DNA from: Sporosarcina sp. 6E9
GTDB lineage: Bacteria; Bacillota; Bacilli; Bacillales_A; Planococcaceae
Assembly (NCBI RefSeq): GCF_017921835.1
Contig: NZ_JAGEMN010000001.1
Coordinates: forward strand, 155,874 to 179,873
Length of the DNA: 24,000 nt
Direction: 5' to 3'
Position numbers and translations under genes: made by a program. Shown here one piece after another: positions 23,941-24,000 of the stretch. Position 1 is the first letter of the stretch. Each line of letters starts with the position of its first letter. The notes beneath the pieces were generated by a model, which was not told the DNA's origin, did not search any database, and was given only the letters and a program-made list of their open reading frames with translations.

Positions 23941-24000
23941 TTGCGAGAGAAGGCCGGTTGGGAATTAAAAGAAGGTTCAACAACTTACGGGAATGTTTCA
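23941..24000 (+). CDS. start of an unidentified gene (partial; runs off the window)
   Basis: RBS taggggga, 6-nt spacer, TTG at 23941, then an open frame (M)REKAGWELKEGSTTYGNVS to the window edge. Only 20 codons are visible. Confidence 0.3.
   Translation, partial: MREKAGWELKEGSTTYGNVS

Noticed and set aside
1-24000. CRISPR arrays, tRNA/rRNA genes, intact IS elements
   Set aside because: Reading both strands, I found no regularly spaced short repeats, no tRNA-like T-arm (GGTTCGAATCC-type) or cloverleaf candidates, no rRNA-like stretches, and no transposase ORF with terminal inverted repeats.

Overview
This window looks like a mosaic chromosomal segment from a low-GC Firmicute, probably Bacillaceae-like. 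The clues are GGAGG-type ribosome-binding sites (RBS), a TTGAAA-17-TATAAT promoter, lipoboxes and frequent TTG/GVG-type alternative starts (TTG/GTG). No database search or statistics could be run. All family calls rest on motifs read from the supplied translations, and all G+C statements are spot counts on single 60-nt lines.

Layout:
(1) 1-2300: the 3' part of a SAM methyltransferase, a MepA-like MATE efflux gene with a damaged 5' end, and an Rrf2 regulator.
(2) 2365-6875: an accessory patch bracketed by a ~440-bp direct repeat that carries two paralogous genes, one of them 5'-truncated. The patch contains two lipoprotein genes, an AEC-transporter stub and a multiply frameshifted secreted-protein gene. 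Two of its promoters share 11-bp-phased TTAACCT repeats.
(3) 7500-10815: a decayed island. It holds an SNF2 helicase wreck that includes an inverted fragment, an intact and very AT-rich single-polypeptide ABC-ATPase+TOPRIM (OLD/PARIS-like) gene, and a tyrosine-integrase wreck whose 3' end abuts that gene.
(4) 11543-21575: a secreted beta-lactamase-fold serine hydrolase, divergent from a nine-gene operon. The operon is a compact amidase-signature gene followed by homologues of the functionally orphan E. coli yhfZ-yhfY-yhfU-yhfT-php-yhfS-yhfX-yhfW set.
(5) 21734-23503: an AT-rich orphan gene with an N-terminal GIY-YIG nuclease domain and a ~375-aa unassignable C-terminal region.

The best candidates for something new are the stand-alone ATPase-TOPRIM gene, the GIY-YIG orphan (both possible single-gene defence modules) and the extended yhf/php operon (an uncharacterised catabolic or salvage pathway). 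I saw no rRNA, tRNA or CRISPR array.
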